Shown here one piece after another: positions 1 to 11,924 of a DNA stretch of 64,000 nt. Position 1 is the first letter of the stretch. Each line of letters starts with the position of its first letter. The position numbers and the translations under genes were made by a program. Source of the DNA: Neoconidiobolus thromboides FSU 785 (taxonomy: Eukaryota; Fungi; Entomophthoromycota). A model generated the notes under the pieces. The model was not told where the DNA came from. It was given only the letters and a program-made list of their open reading frames with translations, and ran no database searches. Location: the NCBI GenBank assembly GCA_025603075.1, contig MU626264.1:1-64000 (forward strand), in the 5' to 3' direction.

Positions 1-94
1 TAAAAAACTATATATAAAGACCAAGATTTTAGTTAAAGTTATAAAAGAAATTGCAATTAAATTTTATTTTGATATAAAAAACTAATCCCAAACT

Positions 95-463
95 TCAATT
101 CTTTTTGCAGTTGAACTCAATAAATCCGCTATTTCTCCAACCTTCCTGCCATGCGAAATAACCAAGACTACATTTTGAGTCACTGTTCTTAAATTCCTGT
201 AAAGTATGACTCAAGTTTCTTGCTCTACAATTGGAAGTTCTATAAACACATTCACAAGAAGTATTTCTATTAGTAACACGATGTTGATAAACAGGTCTAC
301 AATTGGTTTGTAAGGTAGAAGAGATTCTAGCTAAACATTCATTTTTGAGATCTGAAGTTTGAACATCTATTTTTTGAACACAAGTATTACCTGAATATTG
401 TGTCTGGGATGAGATAGAGTTGAAGAGATAGAAGCAAACAGCGAGTACTTGGGAGGTTTTCAT
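95..463 (-). CDS. Small secreted cysteine-rich protein, paralog A (122 aa, intronless)
   Basis: Hydrophobic N-terminal signal-like peptide (MKTSQVLAVCFYLFNSISS) and 8 Cys in the mature part. 94/122 residues identical to the ORF at 3751-4119 by hand count. Confidence 0.85.
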   Translation of the reverse strand: MKTSQVLAVCFYLFNSISSQTQYSGNTCVQKIDVQTSDLKNECLARISSTLQTNCRPVYQHRVTNRNTSCECVYRTSNCRARNLSHTLQEFKNSDSKCSLGYFAWQEGWRNSGFIEFNCKKN

Positions 464-850
464 TTTATATTATCAAGATGTTTTATATTCTAAACTAATG
501 GTTTTGGAAATACAATATGTAGTATTTGTTCTAAGAGTTGGTATGATATATTAAAGAGTTTAATCGATGCTTTATATACTTTTTGTATTTAATAATTTAA
601 TAAATAATTTGATTGAATAATTCATAATTTAATATTATTTAGTTAAAGAATATTAAATAAAGGACTTGAGTCTGGCCATGACATATTTTTTATTATTTTA
701 AGTCTGGAGTTTTATTAAGATATATACTTTATCTAGCGTCATTGCTAAAGATGCCAATACTTTAGTTAGAGTTCTTTTACGAGAACAATTATGCATCAAT
801 ATAAAGGATACTATGACTAAATTATCTAATTAAAGTTCGGGATCTTAATG
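464..850 (-). repeat. Upstream region duplicated with paralog A; homologous to ~4120-4500
   Basis: Alignable blocks, e.g. tagtatttgttctaagagttggtatgatat vs tagtacttattctaagagctggtataatat, and aaataaaggacttgagtctgg vs aaataaagaatttgaacctgg. Confidence 0.7.
571..581 (-). promoter_or_regulatory. TATA-like box AAGTATATAAA upstream of paralog A
   Basis: The same motif is conserved at 4229-4239 before paralog B. Similar AGTATAWAA boxes precede other genes at 7341, 10501, 19504(-), 34459 and 57373(-). Confidence 0.5.
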
Positions 851-2040
851 TAGTTAAGAGTAGTTTTATTATCTAACCTTTTAAAACTCATTTTGCATTA
901 ATAATCTTTTTTAGTTTACAACTTCTATCTTGTTTTTGATTAATAATGGTAGAGTATTTGATTAATTTTTTAATTCCGATATTAATTTAGACAGAATAAT
1001 AACAACAATAGTAATAAAATTAAAATAAATTAAATCAATGTTTTAGTTAACGCTATTTGCCAAGTAAGCTTGATTTCCATATTAAACTTTTAGCAAAGAA
1101 ATGTTATATTTCAATCTAATTGCCCATTCTATTCATTTTTCTCATTTTGTTATGCATCCAAAAATATAACTATAAATAATGACTATGACATAAGAAAGTT
1201 CAAATGTCAAAGAAAAAATATTTATTACATTATGAAATGACTTATTCCATCTTAAATTTTCCTTTATATTATTTTTTAACTATTATAATAATCAGTTTAC
1301 ATAAATTAAACTATAACCACAAAAGTTGGTACGACTCTAGAAACACAATTCATTTTAAATATACCAAAATAAAGTCTACTATTGAAAATTATATCAATTG
1401 GCTTCATAATCAAGTAAAAAAAGAATTAATATACAAGTTACAGGGGTATGAAGAATATCAATTGAAATTAAATAACAGGAAGCGAACATGCTTGTTAAAT
1501 TCAATAGTCAAGTTATGTACTTTAGGTTATGATAATGGCTTATCTCAACAAGATATTATCATCTAAAGGACCAGTTATCTTTATGGTTGTATAATATTTT
1601 ATGTAATTAAGATTGATTTAGTAGATAAAATGTTAAATACAAATAACTCATATTTAAGTGGGGATTGTTACAGAGATAAATTAAATATATCGGCTAAAAA
1701 ATAGCTAAAAAAGCAACCGTTAAAATACTTGTGTAGTCGATTAAAAGATGTGCTAAAAAGATAACTTGTTAAAAAGTCAAAAAAATTAGTTATTAAAGCT
1801 AGGGTTAAAAAGTAACTAAAAAGCCCTTTGCAAAAAATGATTTTACATTATATTGATAATCTTCATTATTATTTTGAATGAATGGAATTTTATTTACTTT
1901 GGTCTTAAATGAAGTAAAAAGTATAAAAAGAGTTAAAATAGATCTATTTATTACTATTTTTTTGCTAAAACAATATATAAATATAATATTTGGTATATTC
2001 AGAACTAATAAACATTGATCAAAGCACTTTTTATAGCTTA

Positions 2041-2144
2041 ATTAGGGGATGTATTTTTGTGTTTAAGAATTCTCCTAACAATTTTTCTACTCAAATGATG
2101 CTTAAAAGGGGAAAAGTAATGAAGCCAAAAAAAGGTCCTCATTA
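2041..2144 (+). mobile_element. 105-bp MITE family, copy 1 (degenerate)
   Basis: Matches consensus ATATGGGGATGTATTTTTGTGTTTAAGAATTTTACTAACAATTTTTCCGCTCAAATAGCGCTTAAAAGATGGAAAAAATGATGAAGCCAAAAAAACACCCCCATAT. Confidence 0.75.
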
Positions 2145-2737
2145 TAATAATTATAACATAATTAAAAGGACAATTTTTTTAAACCATATTTAAATATTAA
2201 AAGAAACACTTTTATATATTATGTTGTTATTTTAAAACATAGCTATTAAACTTAATAAGTAACAAGTATCTTTATAATAAATAGTAACTATTAGCATATA
2301 TATTGTTAATTAAGTTTTTTTAAATAAAAAAAGGTAAAATAATGTTAACTAAGTATAGCTTTTAGTTATGATTATTAACTTTTTAATTATACTTATTAGC
2401 TTTTCAATTAAATTAATATTAATATTTAGCTTATGTTTAGCTATATACTTTTAAAAAACAACTAATAATAGGACTATTTAATTAGCTTGTTATTAAATAA
2501 AAAACTCATATTTGTATTAATAATAACTATTTTCTAGTTCAAATAATATAAAGTTCAGCTTATAAAAAAACAAAAATTTTCAACTTTTTCTTGTAATTGA
2601 TATTTAATTTGAATATTTTTAAGCTTTATATTTAATTGACTTATTTAATTTATGTGTTAAATAAATATTATTTAAAATTACAAAAAACTATCTAGTTAAA
2701 CTCACTTTGTTTTATTTATAGCTAATCTGAAATAACA

Positions 2738-2842
2738 CTATGGGGATGTATTTTTGTATTTAAGGATTTTCCCAACAATTTTTCCACTCAAATAGCACTT
2801 AAAAGATGGAAAAGATAATGAAATAAAAAACACCACCCTATG
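2738..2842 (+). mobile_element. 105-bp MITE family, copy 2
   Basis: Full-length match to the family consensus. Confidence 0.8.
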
Positions 2843-2887
2843 TTAAACTTAAAGGAAAATTATATTAAAACATAATAATAAAATAGG

Positions 2888-2955
2888 ATATGAGGGTGTT
2901 TTTTTTTGACTTCGCTTTTCCATTTTTTAAGCGCTATTTGAGCAGAAAAATTCAA
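2888..2955 (-). mobile_element. 105-bp MITE family, copy 3 (partial)
   Basis: Reverse-strand match to the 3' two-thirds of the consensus. Confidence 0.7.
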
Positions 2956-3750
2956 TGATAAGGTTATTAGATATTTTAATAAGATAAAATAGATAAAATA
3001 GATAGAAAGCTTAATTTTATTAGTAAAGTTAAGCAAATTACTTGTAAAAAATATTAATAATCAAACATTAACATATTATCTTAAAAATAAGAGTATAGTA
3101 TGCTTAAACTATATTATTATATATTTTAAAATTAATTTTTAATTATATTAGCTTTCAATAAATTATTTTTAATATTAAACAAATACTATAAATTTTGTCT
3201 AAAGCTTCTAACTTTCGTGTAACAAATTTAACATAATATAGACAAAAAGATAGAACTAAGGTTGAGTTGTAGAAGAAATTTTTTATAAAAATAGGTATTG
3301 GTTAAAAGAATAACATTTAGAAATCCAAAAGTGAGTCTTATGATGTTTAATTGAAAAAAACACCAATAGTTAAGGTGGAGTAGTAAAAAGAGAGCCTTTA
3401 AAGATCATAAAAACAGATAGGATGATGCGGAATAAGTGAGCTAAAAATGAGATAGTAATTTTAATAGGTAAAAATGATAATCTCGCTTTTTTTCTGGTGG
3501 ATAACAAAAGATATTTTTGTAAAGGTCATTGCTTGGAAGCTGGAGATAATGAGAAGGAGATAAAGGTTTAAAGGTTTAAGAGCCCTTTTAGTGTGATGCT
3601 GTGATAGTAGTAAAATTGGGACAATAGCGTAGAGAAATATGAGCCAAAGGTTATGGAAAGGAGTCTGAAAGAGGAGGAAGAAAATTTATGTCATTTATCA
3701 TTGGAAAATACTAAGATGGAGAAAATTACTTAAAAGACTAATATTAAAAT

Positions 3751-4119
3751 TTAGTTCTTTTTACAGTAAAATTCAATAAATCCACTATTTTTCCAACCTT
3801 CCTGCCATGCGAAATAACCAAGACTACATTTTGAGTCACTGTTCTTAAATTCAGCTAAAGTATGGCTAAGGTTTCTTGCTTTACAGTTGGAAGTTCTGTA
3901 ACTGCATTCACAGGATACATTTTTATTAGATACTTTATGGCAATAAGTTGATTTACATTGTGTTTGCAAAGTTGATGAAATATATGATAAACATTCATCT
4001 CGGAGGTCTGAAGTTTGAACATCAACTTTTTCAACGCAAGTGTTTCCAGAATATTGTGTCTGTGATGAAATAGAGTTCAAGAGATAGCAGCAAAGACCGA
4101 TTAGTTGGATGATTTTCAT
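3751..4119 (-). CDS. Small secreted cysteine-rich protein, paralog B (122 aa, intronless)
   Basis: Same length and Cys spacing as paralog A, with one extra Cys at residue 60; signal-like N-terminus. Confidence 0.85.
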   Translation of the reverse strand: MKIIQLIGLCCYLLNSISSQTQYSGNTCVEKVDVQTSDLRDECLSYISSTLQTQCKSTYCHKVSNKNVSCECSYRTSNCKARNLSHTLAEFKNSDSKCSLGYFAWQEGWKNSGFIEFYCKKN

Positions 4120-7100
4120 TTTGTATATTTTAATATTATTTACCGCTTTTAATTAACAGATTAAGAAATATAATATTTAGTACTTATTCTAAGAGCTGGT
4201 ATAATATTTTTGGTAGTTTAGTTGACGATTTATATACTTGCTTATTTGTCTATTTAGTTCAGGTTTGCTATGGAATATAAATAAAGAATTTGAACCTGGG
4301 TGTGATATAATGTTTATTATACAAGGCTTGGACTTTTATTAGGATAAGTACGTCATTTAATATTAAAGCTATATATATCTATAGTATTGAGATTAAATAT
4401 TGCTATAATCCTCTGCAAAATAATCATACATAAGTATAAACGATGTTATTTATAAATAATCTGATTAAAATTTAGGTCCAGGACCTTATGATACCGGGGA
4501 ATCAGTTTTATGATATAATCCTTCAAAATTTTATTTGGATTAATAATACAATATTTTTATTTATAATTTCCACAGATTTTATTATTATTAGCATAACGCA
4601 CTAATAGCTCATTAAATCTGGTGTTGAAATAAGTCAAATATAATAATAATAATATAAAATGAATAAAAATTGAAAAATTTACCTCAAAAGCAAAATTTAC
4701 GCTATTTATTACAGCTTCAACTTTGAAATTTTTTAGGAAAGAGCACTGTTTAAAAAAATTGCACACGTTATCTTTATTTTCATTTAATTATGCAATCAGA
4801 TAAATGGTCCCATAAATATCGGCTGGGTACAAGAGTTTCTAATTCAAATCCTAAAAGAAAGATGTATTTAAAGACTCGATGTAAAGCTGTGGCTTCTAAC
4901 AAGGTAAAAAATACTATAAATATCTGCGATAAAAGAGATGGATTTACTCCTTGAGTAAAGCTATTATTAGTAATAAAAAAGCATTTGCTTTTTGAACTTG
5001 AAATCTACTACATGAGAGTATCCTTGTACTTTCGAATTTTTCTCCACTACTTAAATGGCATGAAATATAAGCAAATCATTAACCAAAACCTTAAAAGATG
5101 GTCATCTTTATAGAATACAACGCTTATATAAAAATACAGGTTTATCCTCAGTCTTTTACCGAAAGACTAGAGATGTAATAAGATAAAGCTGTATAAAATA
5201 TACTAACTTAATCCAAAATGTAAAAACAAAAACTCTAAACTTCATAAAGCTTCTAAGTCTCGCTTAACTTGGATCCTAACTTATTAAAACGTATAATACT
5301 GCATCTTTCTAACATTTGTTTATTATAATGGACATAGCGAAAAACAAAATTCATTGAATCAAAAATATTTGCTAAATTGGTTAAAAGCTTTAGTTTAAAT
5401 ATTTTATACTAAATTAAGAGAATTATAAACTTTATACCAGCTTCTATCAATTTTTCTAACAATAAATGGCTATAAAAACGACCAGACTTTAACTTTTGCT
5501 ATACCACCTTATGTATTTATCATATTTTATTAAACTGTATCTTCAGCAGATGGTAAATCAAGAATAAATATGAAATTCAGTCAAGTTAATATCAAGTTTA
5601 TAAATTTGCAATATTATTGGTAATTTGGGCAAATTTTATAGTCATCCCTGCTTTACCATCTATTCAAAATATGAGTTTGTTAATTTATTTTTTAATAAAG
5701 TTCCATCATACATAAATTACATCAAGCCCATATTGGGCACTTCAAAAAATGTGTAAACATTCTCTCCCTATTAAAAAATAAATGGTATCTTATTAAACAT
5801 TTACTACTTTTAGCTATTTCTAAAACCAGCAATTTAAATAATTTATTTAAAAATACATTATGTTCCTGAGTTGATATTATAATAGTAAAGAACATTTTTT
5901 AAAAAAAATCAGCTCTTAAATTTACGGGTATAAAAACATTTGTATCATTTTTTGATATACCATTTTTATTTTATTTTCAAAAAAACTCGAATATTACTTT
6001 ATTTTCCAAGTTTAATTTTAGCTTTATTCGACCAGAAGAACTTTAAAAGGTGGTAGGATAAAATATTCTAATCACAAGCAATGAACAGTTAGATAATATC
6101 AGAATCCAAACATACCAAACATTGATTTTCTTATATTATTAATACAGTTTTTTTAATTATATGATAAATTAATATTAGTTAAAATAAAAGCTTGGCAAAA
6201 ACGCAACCTTTTTTTATCTGATATTTATAGGTTTATTCTTTGTTTAAACAAGGCCAACTTTGGTCAACTGATAATGCACAACTTCATTTTGAGTATTCAA
6301 AGTAGTATGAAAGATTTTAGATATAAACAAAAGTACTTTGAGACTGTAATAAATTATTCTTATGTCTTATTTTAAAATGCTGGCCTTTAAAAAGTCATCT
6401 TCATATCGTTTTAATAGGTAAGCTATGATTTTTAAAGCTGCATTAAAAACAACGGCGGATTAAACTTTTATGTGTAATTAAAACAAGCTGAAGAATTTTA
6501 AAAAAATTCTGCCTACAAATTTACTTTAAAATCAGTAAAATCTAGATGTAGATGAAGGTATCAATTTCATTATGATGCTTAACTACTTTGATCATTTTCA
6601 TCTAATTTGATTCAATAATCACTAATTATTAGGTACGAGTTCTAATTATTCTAAATAAGCATTATTTTCTAAATGATATCCTAAAATCACGCCTTAAAAG
6701 AATAAATTTCAGTTCAATTTGTACTTGTTTAATAATGCCGCTGAATATCAATTTTCTGATATATTTAATATTATAAACACATCTAACCTTGATGATTATC
6801 TTTACTTTATCAAAAAGAAGATGGAAATTAAATACTTTTATGCTTGTTTCTGCTAACAAACAAAATGAGTAAAACATAAACGCAAAACTATCAAAATAGT
6901 TTCTATTAGAATATTCTTGGTCTAAATTAAGTTCTAAGAAGAGTATATTATTAATAGCTTATTAAACATGAATTATAAGTTGATGAGATGTTAAATCAGA
7001 AAAAACGACCATTAAATTTATTAATAAAACTTTAGAGATTTTATGTTTTAGAATTAAGCAAGGGTTTTAGCCAAGAAAAGAGGCATTTGATTGGTATCCG

Positions 7101-7390
7101 AAAATTTTTATATAATTTTAAAGTTTTTTAACATCTCCTTTTTATAGAAATCAAATCGCCAAGATATTATGTTGTTTTTGTATTTAAGACTAATTTATCA
7201 CTTAACTTGATACTTTAACCACCCTCTTCCCAGTTTATTAAAAAATAAATTAGACTTATATTTGATTCGCTTATTATTTTAATGTTAGTTACTATGAATG
7301 TACTTTGATTTTGCCGTTATGCCATATATTAAGATTCGAAAAGTATATAAACCCAAAATTTGAAATAAAATTCAAAGAACACTGTTAATA

Positions 7391-8566
7391 ATGAAATTTT
7401 TACAAATACTTTTTTTGTTTTTTATAATAGCTGCTACTTATGCTAATGGTATACTTCATTTTAAAATATATTGAAATAGTTTATTAATATTGGTATTAGT
7501 GTGTCCATCTGGAGCACCATTTTGTTTAGACGTTAGTGTTTCAGCAAATCAAGCCAAGTTCACACTTCAAGGATCAAAAAAATCCGGATATATGGCAGTA
7601 GGGTTAGGTACATCTATGACTAATTCGGAGATTTTTGTAAGCTTTTTTATTTGATCTATTTGGTCTTTGACTAACGTTATTAATTAGATTGCTTGGTTTG
7701 ATTCAAATGGAAAACCACATGTAACTCAAAATTTAGGAGTAGGGCATACTAGACCTCAATCTGTCTCAGCCTCAAGCTTGGTTGTAAGCACTGACCAATC
7801 CTCTACTCAAAATAATAAAAATACTATTGTTTTCACCAGACCTCTTAAATCAACAATTAAAGGTGGTGTTGATATTAACCCAAATGATGCAAATAATATG
7901 ATTTGGGCTTATTCAGATTCTACTCCATCATCAGATGGATCTATAAAAAAGCATAGTTCTCGAGGTACTTTTAGCTACAGTGTAAGTTCAAGTGGTTCTG
8001 GAACCATCTCGGAAGCCAACACCCCAGCAGCGGATGCTTCAACTTCAGGAGTTGCCACAGTAATTATTATACATGGTGCACTAATGTTAGTAGCTTGGAT
8101 TTTATTACCAATAATTTCTATTTATATTGCTCGTTTCCTTAAAGGCGCATTGGGTATATGGTGGTTCAGACTACATTTCGGTTTATTTGTCTTGACCGGT
8201 CTCATTGGTGTAATATCAATTGTCTTGGTGGCCCTTGATCGTGGTAATGTTTTAGATAATCCTCATGGAGCCCTTGGAGTTGCTGTTATGGCTATCTATG
8301 GATTTCAAGTAGGCCTCGGGATTTATATTGACAAAATGTGGAGTCCAGAACGTACTAAAATACCAATCTCCGATAAAGCACATTGGTGGTTAGGTAGAAT
8401 CGTGTTTTTATTAGCATTTGCTAATATAGTCTATGGTATTGTATTAATAGGAAATCCAGTCTATTTCTGGATACCTACAGGAATTATAATCGCTGGAGGA
8501 GTTGGTGCCTTTACATATGGCCAAATATCATCGAAAAAAACTCAAGAAATTAATGGAAAAGTCTGA
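7391..8566 (+). CDS. DOMON + cytochrome b561 protein (CYBDOM / ferric-chelate reductase-like); exons 7391-7448, 7500-7636, 7688-8566
   Basis: Signal peptide; DOMON motifs (MAVGLGTSMTNSEIF, MIWAYS, KKHSSRG); TM domain with four conserved His (IHG, RLH, NPHG, KAHWWLGR). The GT-AG introns restore the frame. Confidence 0.85.
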
Positions 8567-8831
8567 TTTGTATATTTTAATCTAATAAATTTTGTTTTAT
8601 ACTAATTAATCACTGTAATGATCAATCCTTTAACAATACAAAATCATATCTCCAAATAAAAATTATCATTTAGTTTATACAAATGTGTCGTAATAAAGTA
8701 TTGACTATTACTTTCATAAACAGCATGTTAAAAACAATCAAATATAAATATAAATATCTTGGGTTAAAAAAAGGGGGCTTCGTTTTAAAACCACCTTTAA
8801 TTTAAGTCCTGAAATTTAAAGTAATTACCTG

Positions 8832-8992
8832 AAAGTACAACTATTGCAATTCTATTATGACCTAATTTGCGGTAATTTTTAGAGCCAGCTGTCTGCTTAT
8901 TTTTATAAAGTCAAACTCTAATTTTAGCAAGATTTTGTTTTTAAATGGATAATTAACTAGATCGTAATAGAGTTGCAACAACTATAGCTTAA
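8832..8992 (+). mobile_element. ~170-bp MITE family, copy 1
   Basis: Imperfect ~28-bp TIR (aaagtacaactattgcaattctattatga / tcgtaatagagttgcaacaactatagctt); homologous to 18014 and 48185. Confidence 0.6.
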
Positions 8993-9886
8993 AATGGCAA
9001 CTTTTGCCATATTTTTCTGTTTTTATTAGGTAATTTATAAAGCAATTCGACCTTTTGTGGCGCAAGCGGCAAAAGTAATTAATTGTAACTATAGAATCGA
9101 TTATAAAGTTGGCTAACTATCATAAAAAATTTCAAAGCTTTATTCATTATAATAATAAAGTAACGCTCTCCACTATAATATTAGTTTTTTTATCTTTTGG
9201 AGAGCTATTTTGAGCTAATAAAAAGTATCCAAAGTTATATTATTGGCAATTATAGAATAGAGCCAATTGCTTTTATATTGAAGTAAAATTAAAACTTAAA
9301 ATAATTCTATTGGAAATTTAAAAATGAAACGACCGTTGTAGCCTATGACCTATTTTTTGCATAAACTATCTTATACAATTAATAAGGTTTTAAAGTCAAA
9401 AATTGTGCTAAGACAGGCGAATTAACATGGATGAGTTAAAATATATTAAAATCAAAATAATTTTTTCCAAGTTTGATAAAGTAAATTCCGTAGAAGTAGT
9501 ATTATTAAATGAAAAAAATAACTGGAGTAGTGTTTTTATTATTTTTCTATTTATAGACAACTTGGGATTTTAAGAAAATATCTTAGCCTCTAATGAAAAA
9601 AAACATCTTTTACTTTAGTTTTTATAGTTAATTTAGTATTTTTGCAATAAATATTAAAAGGGAAAAAAGTTGATCCTTGGATTAAAGTTAATCTACTTTA
9701 TGATACAGGCGCTTGAGCATTACGCAACTGTTGAAAATCTTATACATACCTTGATATTTAGATAGAGTTCCCTGCCTGTAGATACTTTGAAGTTATTTTT
9801 ATCTTACAAAAAACGGAAATAAATATTAACATAAAATAAATGTTACATTTCGGAAAGGCTAAAATCCAAAATGTACTTTTATTAAC

Positions 9887-9992
9887 ATATGTGGGTGTTT
9901 TTTTGGCTTCATTATTTTTTCCATCTTTTAAGCACCATTTGAGCGGAAAAATTGCTAGTAAAATTCTTAAACACAAAAATACATCTTCATAT
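9887..9992 (-). mobile_element. 105-bp MITE family, copy 4
   Basis: Full length, ATAT at both ends. Confidence 0.85.
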
Positions 9993-10548
9993 TCATTCGT
10001 TGATGATGCACCATTATTTTTACTTATTATATCGTTTCTAAGTCTATATTAATAAGTTATTTATAAATAAAGTAGTAATTCATCAAAAACGACAATATTT
10101 TTATACTATATATTCAAAACCTGATACAATATTTATATCACTTCACTGTACTAGGATGTTAAAAGTTAGTTTTATACTCATCTACAACTTTGATATTCTA
10201 TTTTCAGCATTATGTGAAAAATAAGGCTTGCTCAACGACTTTAAAGGCTATTGCCAGTTTAAATTAATTGCTATTTTATTTTTGAAGTACAATAAAAACA
10301 AACAATAATTATCTTAGTAAAACTATAACAAGAATTGATCTTTGAATTAATTTACAAAAATATGTATAACTATAAATGTTATTTAGTTTAAATAATTTTA
10401 TTTTAAAAAAATAGAATTCTTGCTTTATTCTCATTTGTTAGTGAAATCTTTAATTAATTTATTAAGCAACCATAAAAATGAACCAGGTGACTAAATTCAA
10501 AAGTATAAAACCAGAATAAAAAGATTATCTTATCTTTTAAAATCAAAC

Positions 10549-11358
10549 ATGAAATTCATAGATTCTTTTTTGTTTGTTTCATTCTGTGTTACAAACGTAT
10601 TCGGGGCTAATAGTAAGTGATTAGCAACATTTTTTATTTAGTATTAATCATTTTTTATTTAGACTGCCCAGAAGAAAATTTATGTTTTGATGTACAAACG
10701 AGTGGTGATGAAGCTAAATTTACAGTAGAGGGCCCAAAGGAGCTTGGGTGGATAGCAGTTGGCCTTGGAACCGGTATGGAAGGCTCTGAGATCTTCGTAA
10801 GTGCTTAGTGGGATTCTTTTACTCTGATACTAATTCTTTGTCTAACAGATTACATACTTTGACGACAAGAACAAGCCTAAAGTAACACATGCTAAAGGCA
10901 CAGGCCATGAACCACCAAAGCAAGTTGATTCTAAAGATATTAAAATTGATGATAAAAGCAGTAAAATAGCAGGCAATAAGAGGATGATTTCATTTACTAG
11001 AAAGTTAAAGAAGAGTTTCAGTGAAGGCTTGGATATCAATAATAAAGGAAGCAATGATTTTATTTGGGCTTATCATAAAAACAAACCAAATTCTAAAGGC
11101 GAAATTACTCATCATTTAAAGAAAGGTACTTTTGAGTTAGATTTAGCTTCAAAAAGCTCTACTTCTGACAATGGTAAAGCTAGTACCTCCTCTAGTAACG
11201 ATAAATCTAATACCCTTTCTGATTCTAAAAGTAAAAGCAGTTCCAATTCTGAGTCTACTGGTAAAAAAGATGGATCTTCAAGTCATTCTATTGTAAACTT
11301 TACATTATCTTCCCAACTTTTATTTGTAGCTTATTTTGCCACTTTAAGTTTATTTTAA
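10549..11358 (+). CDS. Single-DOMON protein with Ser-rich stalk and C-terminal hydrophobic tail (likely GPI-anchored); exons 10549-10612, 10663-10796, 10849-11358
   Basis: Paralog of the 7391 gene with the same two intron positions. DOMON Met (GTGME) and His (THH) present; no b561 domain; ends SSSHSIVNFTLSSQLLFVAYFATLSLF. Confidence 0.82.
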
Positions 11359-11924
11359 TATAGCAACTCCTCCCTAATAAATATAAATCAAGTACAGTAT
11401 TAAAGAAATTTGTTTTTTACTTATTTATTTTCAATCTATATCAGTTACATAAATCAATCGATTAGTTGATCCCGCTTTCTTATGCCTGTTTAGCCCCTCT
11501 TAAATATTTTGAAATTAACTAATGCATATTAATTTATTATAAAAACAACCTTAATTGTATGCTAACTTATCAATAATGCGCTATAAATATATATTAAACA
11601 TTTAATAACGTTAAATTTAAACTTACAGAAATCAAATAAAAGTTAGATTATTTCAAAATTAGCCAACTATTTTTGACAACCTTTATCTAATTATATATTT
11701 TGTTATATAATATTTGCAAAGAAATTATAACTATAATAAAATAAACAGCAATCGTATTTTAAATTATCTCCATAAAATATAATAAAATTTACCATCATTC
11801 AAAATTGGAAATGGTCTAAATAAAAAAACTCAAATTTTTATAGCATAAGCAAGTTTAATAAATTTACAAATCGATAAAAAATAGTTTTAAAAGGCACTAT
11901 AGGGTATTAAATAATACCAATTCA

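Noticed and set aside
1204-1566. 120-aa ORF
   Set aside because: No recognisable domain, splice context or paralog; may be a TE relic or a chance ORF in AT-rich DNA.
1990-2193. Short ORFs at 1990, 9758, 9840, 17071, 59423, 59699 and 60319
   Set aside because: They overlap copies of the 105-bp MITE or its AT-rich flanks; the mutual similarity of several (e.g. HLSGKIASKILKHKNTS) comes from the repeat.
3250-3725. Strand-biased purine-rich tract suggesting a LINE fragment
   Set aside because: All frames contain stops and I found no RT or endonuclease motif.
4800-6900. Possible decayed transposon or micro-exon gene
   Set aside because: Translated fragments gave no coherent motif order or consistent splice chain.
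10842-11054. Antisense or alternate-frame ORFs (10842, 12081, 12562, 22594, 43680, 50053, 51244, 54134, 56355, 62964)
   Set aside because: Shadows of real genes on the opposite strand or in another frame.
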